Shown: positions 1 to 7,262, numbered from the stretch's first letter. The stretch: DNA of 24,000 nt from Luteimicrobium subarcticum (GCF_002798015.1 NZ_PGTZ01000007.1:428222-452221), one strand, 5' to 3'. Numbers and translations are program-made. Notes: a model not told the origin generated them from the letters alone.

Positions 1-1
1 C

Positions 2-697
2 CACGGCGGCATCGTCGTCGCGATGGCCCTGCCGGTCGCGGTCGCGCTGGTGCTCGGCTGGGTGCACGGCATGCTCGTCGCGAAGGCGCGGCTCGCGCCC
101 TTCATCGTGACCCTCGCCGGCATGCTCTTCGCCCGCGGTCTGCTGCAGGCCATCACGAACGAGGGCAGCACGACGTTCCTCGTCCCGCAGGGCTCGCCGT
201 TCCTGTGGCTCGGTGACGGCGTGTGGCGTCCGATCCTCACGGCCGTGATCCTGTTCGTGCTCGGCGGCCTGCTGTTGGTGCGGACACGGTTCGGCCAGTC
301 GCTGTTCGCGCTGGGCGGCTCCGAGAACGCGGCACTGCTCATGGGCCTCCCTGTACGACGGACCAAGGTCCAGGTGTACATGCTCAGCGCGGGCATCGCG
401 GGCGTCGCCGGGATGCTCAACGCCTCGCGGCTCCAGTCCGGCGTCACGAACATCGGGGTGGGCTACGAGCTCACCGCGATCGCGGCCGTCATCATCGGCG
501 GCACGCTGCTCACCGGCGGGGCCGGGTCGGTGCTCGGCACGGCGGCCGGCGTGCTGCTGCTCGCCGTCATCCAGAACCTCATCGGCGTGCACCTGTCCCA
601 GTACGGGTCGTCGGCCTCGGACCTGGCCAACGGCCTGTTCCTCGCCGTCGTCGTCCTCATCCAGACGACGCTGCAGCGGGTCAGGCGGCTGCCGTGA
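2..697 (+). CDS. Sugar ABC transporter permease (RbsC/YjfF-like, monosaccharide type), C-terminal part; the 5' end lies outside the window
   Basis: The frame is open from the window edge. The translation is highly hydrophobic, with several TM segments and the G/A-rich C-terminal pattern (AIAAVIIGGTLLTGGAGSVLGTAAGVLLL) typical of ribose/galactose-family permeases. GC3 is high in this frame. The stop TGA at 695-697 overlaps the galT GTG. Confidence 0.8.
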   Translation, partial: HGGIVVAMALPVAVALVLGWVHGMLVAKARLAPFIVTLAGMLFARGLLQAITNEGSTTFLVPQGSPFLWLGDGVWRPILTAVILFVLGGLLLVRTRFGQSLFALGGSENAALLMGLPVRRTKVQVYMLSAGIAGVAGMLNASRLQSGVTNIGVGYELTAIAAVIIGGTLLTGGAGSVLGTAAGVLLLAVIQNLIGVHLSQYGSSASDLANGLFLAVVVLIQTTLQRVRRLP

Positions 698-1794
698 ACC
701 GGACCACGACGACGCTCGCCGACGGTCGCGAGCTGCACTACTACGACGGGGCGTCGCGCGTCCGTCGGCCCGCCCCGGACCAGCGGCCGCTCGAGCAGGT
801 CGGGGCGCGTTCGGAGCTCCGGTTCGACCCCGTCCTCGAGGAGTGGGTCATCGTCGCGGGGCACCGGCAGGGGCGCACGCACCGGCCGAGCGCGGGGGAC
901 TGCCCGCTGTGCCCCTCGGGTGAGGGGCGGCTCACCGAGGTCCCGGCCGACGACTACGACGTGGTCGTGTTCGAGAACCGGTTCCCGGCGCTGTCCGGGC
1001 GTGAGCCCGGGCTCGCCACGGGGCCGACGCCCTCGGGCCCGGTGCCGCCGGTGGTGCTCGACGGGTCGCGGCCCGGGGTGGGCCGGTGCGAGGTCGTGTG
1101 CTTCACGCCCGAGCACGACGTCGCGTTCGCCGACCTGTCGCGCAGCCAGGCGGAGCTCGTGGTCGACGCGTGGCGCGACCGCACGGAGGCGCTGTCGGCC
1201 GACCCGTCGGTCGAGCAGGTCTTCTGCTTCGAGAACCACGGCGTCGACATCGGGGTGACGCTCGAGCACCCGCACGGGCAGATCTACGGGTACCCGTTCG
1301 TCACGCCGCGCACCCGGCAGGCGATGGCGAGCGCCGAGGGCTACCACCAGCGCACCGGCCGGAACCTGTTCGACGACGTCCTCGCGCGGGAGCGGGCGGA
1401 CGCGTCGCGCGTCGTGCTGGAGTCGGCCGAGTGGACGGCCTTCGTGCCGCACGCGGCGCGCTGGCCGTTCGAGATCCACCTGTACCCGAACCACCGGGTG
1501 CGCGACCTCGCGCACCTGTCGGACGCCCAGGCGAAGGACCTCGCGGGCGTGTCGCTCGACGTGATGGGCCGGTTCGAGCGCCTGTTCGACGGCCCGTCGG
1601 CGTACGTCGCCGGGTGGCACCAGACGCCCACGCGCGCCGGCGACGACGACATGGCGCTGCACCTCGAGGTGTTCACCGTCCGCCGGGCGGCGGACAAGCT
1701 CAAGTACCTCGCGGGCAGCGAGTCGGGCATGGGAGCGTTCACGAACGACGTCGTGCCCGAGGAGGCGGCCCGCCGCCTGCGCGCCGCCGCCTGA
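694..1794 (+). CDS. galT: Galactose-1-phosphate uridylyltransferase (class I GalT, HIT superfamily)
   Basis: Translation from GTG 694 gives VNRTTTTLADGRELHYYD. It contains the Zn-site CPLCP, FENRFPAL, the active-site HPHGQIYGYPF (HxHxQ) and the WP(F)EIHLYP motifs. The start was chosen at the GTGA overlap with the permease stop. The upstream part of the 223..1794 ORF is off-frame over the permease. Confidence 0.9.
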   Translation: MNRTTTTLADGRELHYYDGASRVRRPAPDQRPLEQVGARSELRFDPVLEEWVIVAGHRQGRTHRPSAGDCPLCPSGEGRLTEVPADDYDVVVFENRFPALSGREPGLATGPTPSGPVPPVVLDGSRPGVGRCEVVCFTPEHDVAFADLSRSQAELVVDAWRDRTEALSADPSVEQVFCFENHGVDIGVTLEHPHGQIYGYPFVTPRTRQAMASAEGYHQRTGRNLFDDVLARERADASRVVLESAEWTAFVPHAARWPFEIHLYPNHRVRDLAHLSDAQAKDLAGVSLDVMGRFERLFDGPSAYVAGWHQTPTRAGDDDMALHLEVFTVRRAADKLKYLAGSESGMGAFTNDVVPEEAARRLRAAA

Positions 1795-1849
1795 GGTCTC
1801 ACCCCGTCCGCCGGGTCGGCGGGCGGGTGCGTGGCCCCGGGTGCGGACG

Positions 1850-1878
1850 CCCGGTGCCACGCAGGGGGTGGCACCGGG
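1850..1878. terminator. Hairpin between convergent galT and the oxidoreductase; candidate bidirectional terminator
   Basis: A perfect 11-bp inverted repeat, CCCGGTGCCAC (1850-1860) / GTGGCACCGGG (1868-1878), with a 7-nt loop. It lies in the 101-nt gap between two stop codons. There is no clear U-tract. Confidence 0.5.
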
Positions 1879-1895
1879 ACGCGGGTGTTCCCGTG

Positions 1896-2855
1896 TCAGA
1901 CGGTGACGACGACCTTGCCGACGTGGTCGCCGGACGCCAGCCGGTGGAAGCCCTCGGCGACGCCCGCGAGCGGGACGGTCGAGTCGATCGTCGGGCGGAC
2001 GCCGGTGCGTGCGACGAACGCCAGCAGCGCGGCAAGGTCGTCGCGCGTGCCCATGGTGACGCCCTGGACGCGCAGCTCCGTGAAGAAGATGCGGGTCAGC
2101 TCGGCGGTCTCGGGGTCGCCGGTCGTCGCGCCGGCCGTGACGAGCGTGCCGCCCGGGCGGAGCGAGCGCACGGAGTGCGACCACGTCGCGCGTCCGACGG
2201 TCTCGATGACGGCGTCCACACGGTCGGGGAGCCGTGCGCCGCTCTCGAACGCGCCGGCGGCGCCGAGCCGCAGCGCCTGGGCGCGCTTCTCCTCGGTGCG
2301 CGAGGTGACCCAGACCTCGAGCCCGGCGGCCGCACCGAGCGCGATCGCGGCCGTCGCGACGCCGCCGCCCGCGCCCTGCACGAGCACCCGGTCGCCGGGG
2401 GCGACCTGCGCCGCGCGGAACAGCATCGAGTAGGCGGTGAGCCACGCTGTCGGGAGGCACGCGGCCTCCTCGAAGCTCAGCGCCTCCGGCTTCGGGACGA
2501 GGTTGTGGGTCGGAACTGCGACCTGTTCGGCGAGCGTGCCGGGGTAGCGCTCCGAGAGGAGCGAGCGACGTTCCGTGGGCCCGACGCCGTGGCCGTCCGC
2601 GCCGATCACGGCGTGCACGACGACCTCCGTGCCGTCGGGCGCGACCCCGGCCGCGTCCGTCCCGAGGATCATCGGGAGCTGCTCGGGCTTGAGGCCCACG
2701 CCGCGCAGCGACCACAGGTCGTGCTGGTTCAGCGACGCCGCGCGGACGTCGACGGTCGTCCAGTGCTCGCGGGCGTCCGGGGCGGGTCGGTCACCGACCT
2801 CCAGGGCGGACACCGGGTCGTCGGGGGCGAAGCGGGCGGCGGTGGCGGCGAGCAT
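1896..2855 (-). CDS. Zinc-type alcohol dehydrogenase / NADPH:quinone oxidoreductase family protein (MDR superfamily)
   Basis: 319 aa. The N-terminal GroES-like region (VDVRAASLNQHDLWSLRG, ILGTDAAGV) and the Rossmann motif (VLVQGAGGGVATAAIALGAAAG) are typical of Qor-like MDR enzymes. ATG start at 2855. Confidence 0.8.
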   Translation of the reverse strand: MLAATAARFAPDDPVSALEVGDRPAPDAREHWTTVDVRAASLNQHDLWSLRGVGLKPEQLPMILGTDAAGVAPDGTEVVVHAVIGADGHGVGPTERRSLLSERYPGTLAEQVAVPTHNLVPKPEALSFEEAACLPTAWLTAYSMLFRAAQVAPGDRVLVQGAGGGVATAAIALGAAAGLEVWVTSRTEEKRAQALRLGAAGAFESGARLPDRVDAVIETVGRATWSHSVRSLRPGGTLVTAGATTGDPETAELTRIFFTELRVQGVTMGTRDDLAALLAFVARTGVRPTIDSTVPLAGVAEGFHRLASGDHVGKVVVTV

Positions 2856-2861
2856 CCGCCG

Positions 2862-2867
2862 AGACTA
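2862..2867 (-). promoter_or_regulatory. Candidate -10 hexamer TAGTCT, 6 nt upstream of the oxidoreductase ATG (leaderless-mRNA architecture)
   Basis: The minus-strand sequence reads TAGTCT-cggcgg-ATG. It fits the actinobacterial TANNNT consensus, and no SD sequence is possible in the 6-nt spacer. Confidence 0.35.
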
Positions 2868-2939
2868 CGCCGCGCCAGCTCGGCGTCCGGGGTTTCACGG
2901 GGCGCGTTCCGGCGGCCGGCGTCGGCGGCCGGGTGGCGC

Positions 2940-3281
2940 TCAGAGGTCCAGATGGAGTCGCAGCGCTTCGTCCACCTGTTCGATGAGGTCGCGCGGCACG
3001 TGACCGACTCGGTGGGTGAGGCGTGTCGCGGACACGGAGCGCACCTGCTCGCACTGCGCCTTCGACTCCCTGTCGAGTCCTGTGCGTGCGGCAGGGAGGA
3101 GCACCTGGAACGGGAAGACTCTCTGGGTGCTCGATGTCACGGGAACCACCGTCACGACGCCATGGCCGGCGAACGCGCGCTCTGCGGCGACTGCTCGGCT
3201 CACGATGATCGCCGGACGGATCGTGTTCGCCTCGTGGCCCTGGACCGGGTCGAGATCCACGAGCCAGATCTCACCTCTCAT
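2940..3281 (-). CDS. mazF: Type II toxin, MazF/PemK family endoribonuclease
   Basis: 113 aa from the ATG at 3281: MRGEIWLVDLDPVQGHEANTIRPAIIVS...VVPVTSS...KAQCEQVRSVS. This is the classic PemK/MazF N-terminal signature. The start ATG overlaps the antitoxin stop (ATGA at 3278-3281). The longer ORF to 3338 would run across the antitoxin. Confidence 0.85.
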   Translation of the reverse strand: MRGEIWLVDLDPVQGHEANTIRPAIIVSRAVAAERAFAGHGVVTVVPVTSSTQRVFPFQVLLPAARTGLDRESKAQCEQVRSVSATRLTHRVGHVPRDLIEQVDEALRLHLDL

Positions 3282-3499
3282 GCGAGTCCGTCCGAGGCGG
3301 TGACGTCCCAGACGTCGTCGCTGCCGGCGGCGGACCACTCCGCGTACGCGGCGTCGTACTGCGTGGCGAGCTCGCGCTCACGGAGCAGGTCGATGGCTTC
3401 CCGGAGAGCCGCAGAGCGATTCAAGCCGGGATGGCGCGCGACGTACGTGTCGAGAACTGCGACATCTCGATCCTCCAGGCTGATGCTCAACTTGGTCAT
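3278..3499 (-). CDS. mazE: Type II antitoxin, ribbon-helix-helix (CopG/MazE9-like)
   Basis: 73 aa. The N-terminal beta-strand plus two helices (MTKLSISLEDRDVAVLDTYV...RSAALREAIDLL) form an RHH pattern. The acidic/Trp-rich C-terminal tail (EWSAAGSDDVWDVTASDG) resembles mycobacterial MazE9-type antitoxins. It lies directly upstream of mazF and is translationally coupled to it. Confidence 0.8.
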   Translation of the reverse strand: MTKLSISLEDRDVAVLDTYVARHPGLNRSAALREAIDLLRERELATQYDAAYAEWSAAGSDDVWDVTASDGLA

Positions 3500-3506
3500 A
3501 CTGCTG

Positions 3507-3512
3507 ATGCTA
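3507..3512 (-). promoter_or_regulatory. Candidate -10 hexamer TAGCAT, 7 nt upstream of the mazE ATG (leaderless)
   Basis: The minus strand reads TAGCAT-cagcagt-ATG. This is locally the most AT-rich stretch of the window: I counted 31 G+C in the 60 nt from 3481 to 3540. Confidence 0.35.
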
Positions 3513-3526
3513 CCGATAGTGGCAAA

Positions 3527-3547
3527 GCCTGCTGCACGACCGCAGGC
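3527..3547 (-). terminator. Weak hairpin after the DinB-like gene stop
   Basis: On the minus strand, GCCUGC-9 nt-GCAGGC is followed by UUUGCC. The stem is only 6 bp. Confidence 0.25.
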
Positions 3548-3553
3548 CGCCCC

Positions 3554-4276
3554 TCACAGCAGCGGCAGTGCGCGGCCCAGGTCGGGGACGGCGTCCGCGG
3601 ACGACGGCGTCGCGAGCGCCTCGGCCAGCAGGTCGACGTGGTACGGCACGCGACCGGTGGCGAGCCGCGTCCACAGCAGCGGGTCGTCGACGAGGAGCGA
3701 GTACCCGCCACGCACGACGACGACGTGGAGGAGCTCGTCCGCGACGAGACGCAACGCCTCGGGGTCCACGGGCGGCCCGGAGACGGCGACCGCGCCGGGC
3801 AGCGAGCGGGCCAGGTCGTCGGCGTGCACCACCAGCTCGACGAGGCGCGACAGGACCATGTCGTGCAGGCGGATCGGTCCTCGCCGGGCCTGCACGACGA
3901 TGTCCCCGGGGCCCAGGTCGTCGAGGTTCGCGAGCGCGTGGCGGGCGAGGCGGGCGACCCCGGCGACGCGGTCGGGAACGAGCTCCGCGTCGAGCTCGCG
4001 GGTCACGCGCGTGATCTCGTCGCCCCGGTCCGGGTACGTCCCGAGGTACTCGGCCAGCGTGAGGGGGTGGGTGCCGTCGGGCGCCGCCACGCAGACACCG
4101 AGCGCGTCCATGGCGCGACCCAGGTGGGACACGAGCTCGCCGGTGCTCCAGCCCGGTAGCGCGCTCGGCACGTCGACGTCCAGGACGCCCGACTCCTCGC
4201 TGTCCTCGAGCCAGGTCTGCAGGCGGTCCCACTGTGCGTGCATCGCGTGGCGCAGCACGTCGAGGTCGGCGATCAC
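3554..4276 (-). CDS. DinB-superfamily / maleylpyruvate-isomerase-family mycothiol-dependent enzyme-like protein
   Basis: 240 aa with a GTG start. The N-terminal pattern (W..L..WL.....PSALPGWSTGELVSHLG) matches what I recall of the actinobacterial TIGR03083-type DinB-like domain. The function is not assignable from sequence alone. Confidence 0.55.
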   Translation of the reverse strand: MIADLDVLRHAMHAQWDRLQTWLEDSEESGVLDVDVPSALPGWSTGELVSHLGRAMDALGVCVAAPDGTHPLTLAEYLGTYPDRGDEITRVTRELDAELVPDRVAGVARLARHALANLDDLGPGDIVVQARRGPIRLHDMVLSRLVELVVHADDLARSLPGAVAVSGPPVDPEALRLVADELLHVVVVRGGYSLLVDDPLLWTRLATGRVPYHVDLLAEALATPSSADAVPDLGRALPLL

Positions 4277-4282
4277 CCGGGC

Positions 4283-4288
4283 AGACTA
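4283..4288 (-). promoter_or_regulatory. Candidate -10 hexamer TAGTCT, 6 nt upstream of the DinB-like GTG (leaderless)
   Basis: The minus strand reads TAGTCT-gcccgg-GTG. The hexamer and spacing are identical to those at 2862-2867. Confidence 0.35.
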
Positions 4289-4343
4289 GCGCCGCTCCGA
4301 CGTCCACGCGTGCCGCACCGGAGGGCGCGCGGCGGTCTGCGCC

Positions 4344-5636
4344 TCAGTCGCGCACGCGCTCCCCGGCGGCGAGGAAGTCCGCGACCACCGGGCCGAGCTG
4401 GGCGAACTCGATGAGGAACCCGTCGTGCCCGTGGTCGGAGTGCAGCACGTGCAGCGGCTCGGCGCCGGGGACGCCGCGCTGGATGCGGGCGGACTCTGCC
4501 GGCAGGAACAGGCGGTCCGAGTCGACGGCGACGACGAGGGTGCGCGCGGTGATCTGGCCGAGCGCGGTCTCGACCCCGCCGCGGTCGCGGCCGAGGTCGT
4601 GCGTCAGCATCGACTCGGTGAGCCGCACGTACGTGCCGGCGTCGAACCGGCGCGCGAGCTTGTCGCCGTGGTGGTCGAGGTACGACTGCACGGCGTACCG
4701 GCCGCCGTGCAGCGGGTCCTCGCCGCCCTGCGGCATGCGGCCGAACCGTTCGTCGAGCTCGAACGCGCTCCGGTAGGTGGTGTGCGCGATCGAGCGCGCG
4801 ATCGACAGGCCCACGTGCGGGCCGTCGCCGTCCGCCGCGTCGTAGTAGTCGCCGCCGCGGAACCGGGGGTCGGCGTGGATCGCGGAGAGCTGAGCGTGCG
4901 CCCACGCGATCTGGTCGCCCGACGTCTGCGCGGTCGACGCGATGACGGTGATCGCGTCGACGTCGACGCCGTGCTCGGGGCCGAGCAGCGCCCACTCGAG
5001 CACCCGCAGGCCGCCCATCGACGCGCCCACGACGAGCGCCCACGACCCGATCCCGAGCTCGTGCGCGAGGTCGACCTCGGCGAGCACCTGGTCGCGGACC
5101 GTCACGACGGGGAACCGGCTGCCCCAGGCCACGCCGTCCGGCGCGCTGGACGACGGCCCGGTCGAGCCCTGGCAGCCGCCGAGCACGTTGGGCGCGACGA
5201 CGAACCAGCGGTCGGTGTCGATGGGACGACCGGGGCCGACCATCTCCTGCCACCACCCCGCGGTGGGGTGCCCGTCGCCGGCCTCGCCGGTCACGTGCGA
5301 GTCACCGGTCAGGGCGTGCAGCACGAGGACGGCGTTGTCGCGCGCCTCGTTGAGCTCGCCCCACGTCTCGTAGGCGAGCGTGACGGGCAGGCGCCCGCCC
5401 CCCTCCAGGTCGAGCGTCCGCAGGTCGGCGAACTGCCGGCGTCCGACGGGGTCGCCGACCTGCCAGGCGCTCGACGCCGGCACCGGCGTCGGGTAGCGCA
5501 GCCGTCCCGCGGAGGACCGTCCCCGGGGCACACGGCCCCCGCCCGACGACGAGGTCGGGCCGAGCGGGGAGAGGTCGGGGGAGTTCACTGGGGTCCAGCC
5601 TACGAGTCGGTCGGTGGTGAGGGGGCGGGCGTCCAT
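4344..5636 (-). CDS. metX: Homoserine O-acetyltransferase
   Basis: Alpha/beta-hydrolase MetX signatures are present: NAVLVLHALTGDSHV, GWW, VVAPNVLGGCQGSTGPSS, the nucleophile elbow VVGASMGG, RYAVQSYLDHHGDKL and HSDHGHDGFL. The start is uncertain. The ATG at 5636 lies 13 nt after the metY stop but gives about 50 extra N-terminal residues compared with the MetX proteins I remember. An internal GTG could be the true start. Confidence 0.9.
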   Translation of the reverse strand: MDARPLTTDRLVGWTPVNSPDLSPLGPTSSSGGGRVPRGRSSAGRLRYPTPVPASSAWQVGDPVGRRQFADLRTLDLEGGGRLPVTLAYETWGELNEARDNAVLVLHALTGDSHVTGEAGDGHPTAGWWQEMVGPGRPIDTDRWFVVAPNVLGGCQGSTGPSSSAPDGVAWGSRFPVVTVRDQVLAEVDLAHELGIGSWALVVGASMGGLRVLEWALLGPEHGVDVDAITVIASTAQTSGDQIAWAHAQLSAIHADPRFRGGDYYDAADGDGPHVGLSIARSIAHTTYRSAFELDERFGRMPQGGEDPLHGGRYAVQSYLDHHGDKLARRFDAGTYVRLTESMLTHDLGRDRGGVETALGQITARTLVVAVDSDRLFLPAESARIQRGVPGAEPLHVLHSDHGHDGFLIEFAQLGPVVADFLAAGERVRD

Positions 5637-5649
5637 CGGGCGGTCGGCC

Positions 5650-7032
5650 TCAGCCCTGCTCGGCGTCGCCGTCGGCCGCGCCGGCCGCGTTGCCGCCGAG
5701 CGCGCCCTTGGCGGCGGTGAAGCCCAGCTCGAGGTCCGCGAGGATGTCGTCGAGGTGCTCGATGCCGACGGCGAGCCGCACGAGGCCCGGGGTCACGCCC
5801 GAGAATGCCTGCTCCTCCGGGGTGAGCTGGCTGTGCGTCGTCGACGCCGGGTGGATGACGAGCGAGCGGACGTCCCCGATGTTCGCGACGTTCGAGTGCA
5901 GCCGCAGCGCGGACACGAACGCCTGACCCGCGTCGGCGCCGCCGTCGAGCTCGAACGCGAGGACGGCGCCCGGCCCCTTCGGCGCGTACTTGCGGGCGTT
6001 CGCGTGCCACGGGCTGGACTCCAGCCCGGCGTAGTGGACGTGCCGGACGTCGTCGCGCGCCTCGAGCCACTGCGCCACGGCCTGCGCGTTCGCGACGTGC
6101 TTGTCGAGGCGCAGCGAGAGCGTCTCGATGCCCTGCTCGATGAGGAACGCGTTGAACGGCGAGATCGCGGTGCCGAGGTCGCGCAGGAGCTGGACGCGCG
6201 CCTTGAGGACGAACGACAGGTTCACCCCGAACACGCCGTCCGCACCGAGGTCCCGGGCGTAGACGAGGCCGTGGTAGCTGGGGTCCGGCTGGTTGTAGTT
6301 GGGGAAGCGCTCGGGTTCGCGGCCGAAGTCGAACGTCCCGGCGTCGACGATCACGCCGCCGACCGCCGTGCCGTGCCCGCCGAGGTACTTGGTGGCGGAG
6401 TGCACGACGACGTCCGCGCCCCACTCGAACGGACGGACCAGGTAGGGGGTCGCGACGGTGTTGTCGACGATCAGGGGCACGCCGGCGGCGTGCGCCACGC
6501 CCGCCACCCCTTCGATGTCCAGGACGTCCGTCCGGGGGTTGGGGATCGTCTCGCCGAAGAACAGCTTCGTGTTCGGGCGGACGGCGTCGCGCCACTGCTG
6601 CAGGTCGTGCGGGTCGTCGACGAACGTCGTCTCGATGCCGAGCTTCGCGAGCGTGTGGTGCAGCAGGTTGTACGTGCCGCCGTACAGGCTGGACGACGCG
6701 ACGACGTGGTCGCCCGCCTCGGCGACGTTGAGGATCGCGAGGGTCTCGGCGGCCTGGCCGGACGAGACGAGCAGCGCGCCGACGCCGCCCTCGAGGTCCG
6801 CGATGCGGTTCTCGACGACCTCGGTGGTCGGGTTGCCGATGCGCGTGTAGATGGGGCCGAGCTCCTGGAGCGCGAACCGCGCGGCGGCCGTGCGGGCGTC
6901 GGGGAACACGTAGGACGTGGTCTGGAAGATCGGGAGGGCGCGGGCTCCCGTGCCCGGCTCGGGCTGCTGGCCGGCGTGGATCTGACGGGTCTCGAAGGAC
7001 CAGGCGGGGGCGGACTCAGGGGTGTTCGACAT
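5650..7032 (-). CDS. metY: O-acetylhomoserine sulfhydrylase (PLP-dependent, Cys/Met metabolism family)
   Basis: Translation from ATG 7032 gives MSNTPESAPAWSFETRQIHAG...YTRIGNPT...HSATKYLGGHG (PLP-lysine motif). A UGGAG SD lies 8 nt upstream. The 45-codon upstream extension in the ORF track is Arg/Pro-rich and has no homology signal. Confidence 0.92.
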   Translation of the reverse strand: MSNTPESAPAWSFETRQIHAGQQPEPGTGARALPIFQTTSYVFPDARTAAARFALQELGPIYTRIGNPTTEVVENRIADLEGGVGALLVSSGQAAETLAILNVAEAGDHVVASSSLYGGTYNLLHHTLAKLGIETTFVDDPHDLQQWRDAVRPNTKLFFGETIPNPRTDVLDIEGVAGVAHAAGVPLIVDNTVATPYLVRPFEWGADVVVHSATKYLGGHGTAVGGVIVDAGTFDFGREPERFPNYNQPDPSYHGLVYARDLGADGVFGVNLSFVLKARVQLLRDLGTAISPFNAFLIEQGIETLSLRLDKHVANAQAVAQWLEARDDVRHVHYAGLESSPWHANARKYAPKGPGAVLAFELDGGADAGQAFVSALRLHSNVANIGDVRSLVIHPASTTHSQLTPEEQAFSGVTPGLVRLAVGIEHLDDILADLELGFTAAKGALGGNAAGAADGDAEQG

Positions 7033-7148
7033 GGCGTGCTCCAGGGGCGCGGCGGGACGGTGGTGACGGCTGCGGGGACCGGGTGGGCGATCCGCAGCGG
7101 CCGGTCCGTCCGGGCCGGGGCGCGGGAGGCGCCGGGGAGCGGGCGAAC

Positions 7149-7211
7149 GTGCCTGAGAACGGATCACCGGTGCGTGCCCGGAGGCACGGGACGGTGAGCT
7201 CTCAGCGGCAC
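7149..7211 (-). promoter_or_regulatory. 63-nt imperfect, four-helix hairpin in the metY leader; candidate attenuator or regulatory RNA structure
   Basis: The RNA sense reads GUGC(CG)CUGAGA(GC)UCACC(GUCCC)GUGCC-UCCG-GGCAC(GCACC)GGUGA(UCCGU)UCUCAG-GCAC. This gives 20 Watson-Crick pairs in four stacked helices. It lies 117 nt upstream of the metY ATG. Confidence 0.4.
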
Positions 7212-7225
7212 ATTCGACGGGTCAT
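7202..7225 (-). CDS. Hypothetical leaderless 7-codon sORF (MTRRMCR*) in the metY leader
   Basis: The sORF reads ATG ACC CGT CGA ATG TGC CGC TGA. Its ATG is 7 nt downstream of a TACTGT -10 hexamer. The last four codons overlap the 5' arm of the 7149-7211 hairpin. It is very short, so it could occur by chance. Confidence 0.25.
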   Translation of the reverse strand: MTRRMCR

Positions 7226-7232
7226 GTCGTCG

Positions 7233-7262
7233 ACAGTAGGCAGGGTGGTGCCCGCGAGCCAA
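7233..7262 (-). promoter_or_regulatory. Candidate sigma-A-type promoter for metY-metX: -35 TTGGCT, 18-nt spacer, -10 TACTGT
   Basis: The minus strand reads TTGGCT (7262-7257), then 18 nt, then TACTGT (7238-7233). This is the best -35/-10 pair I could find in the 293-nt intergenic region. Confidence 0.45.

Noticed and set aside
223-693. The 157-codon N-terminal extension of the galT ORF.
   Set aside because: It overlaps the permease in a different frame and is Arg/His/Pro-rich. GalT homology begins at the GTG at 694, which forms a GTGA junction with the permease stop.
3282-3338. The upstream extension of mazF (MVRRRQRRRLGRHRLGRTR).
   Set aside because: It would overlap the antitoxin coding sequence. 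MazF family proteins begin at the MRGEIW-type motif, and the ATGA junction at 3278-3281 is the classic TA arrangement.
463-4289. Very long ORFs in the track (463..2715 minus, 750 aa; 1086..4289 plus, 1067 aa). Similar giants occur elsewhere: 8463..10358 minus, 10610..12703 plus, 11205..12863 minus, 12440..14248 minus, 15640..17748 minus, 17205..19115 minus, 17822..19597 minus and 22115..23809 minus.
   Set aside because: Their translations are monotonous Arg/Pro/Gly/Ala strings with no recognisable motifs. Each overlaps, in another frame or on the other strand, a gene with unmistakable family signatures. Stop-codon scarcity at about 75% GC explains them.
7033-7167. The 45-codon upstream extension of the metY ORF (MIRSQARSPAPRRLPRPG...).
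   Set aside because: It shows no homology and has a Pro/Arg-rich composition. The canonical MetY N-terminus starts at ATG 7032, which has its own SD. The region is better explained as a 5' leader.
7033-7262. A confident SAM-IV or S-box riboswitch call upstream of metY.
   Set aside because: It is expected from known biology. By eye, however, I could not align the conserved core nucleotides of SAM-I or SAM-IV to this leader. It is reported only as something to test with covariance models.
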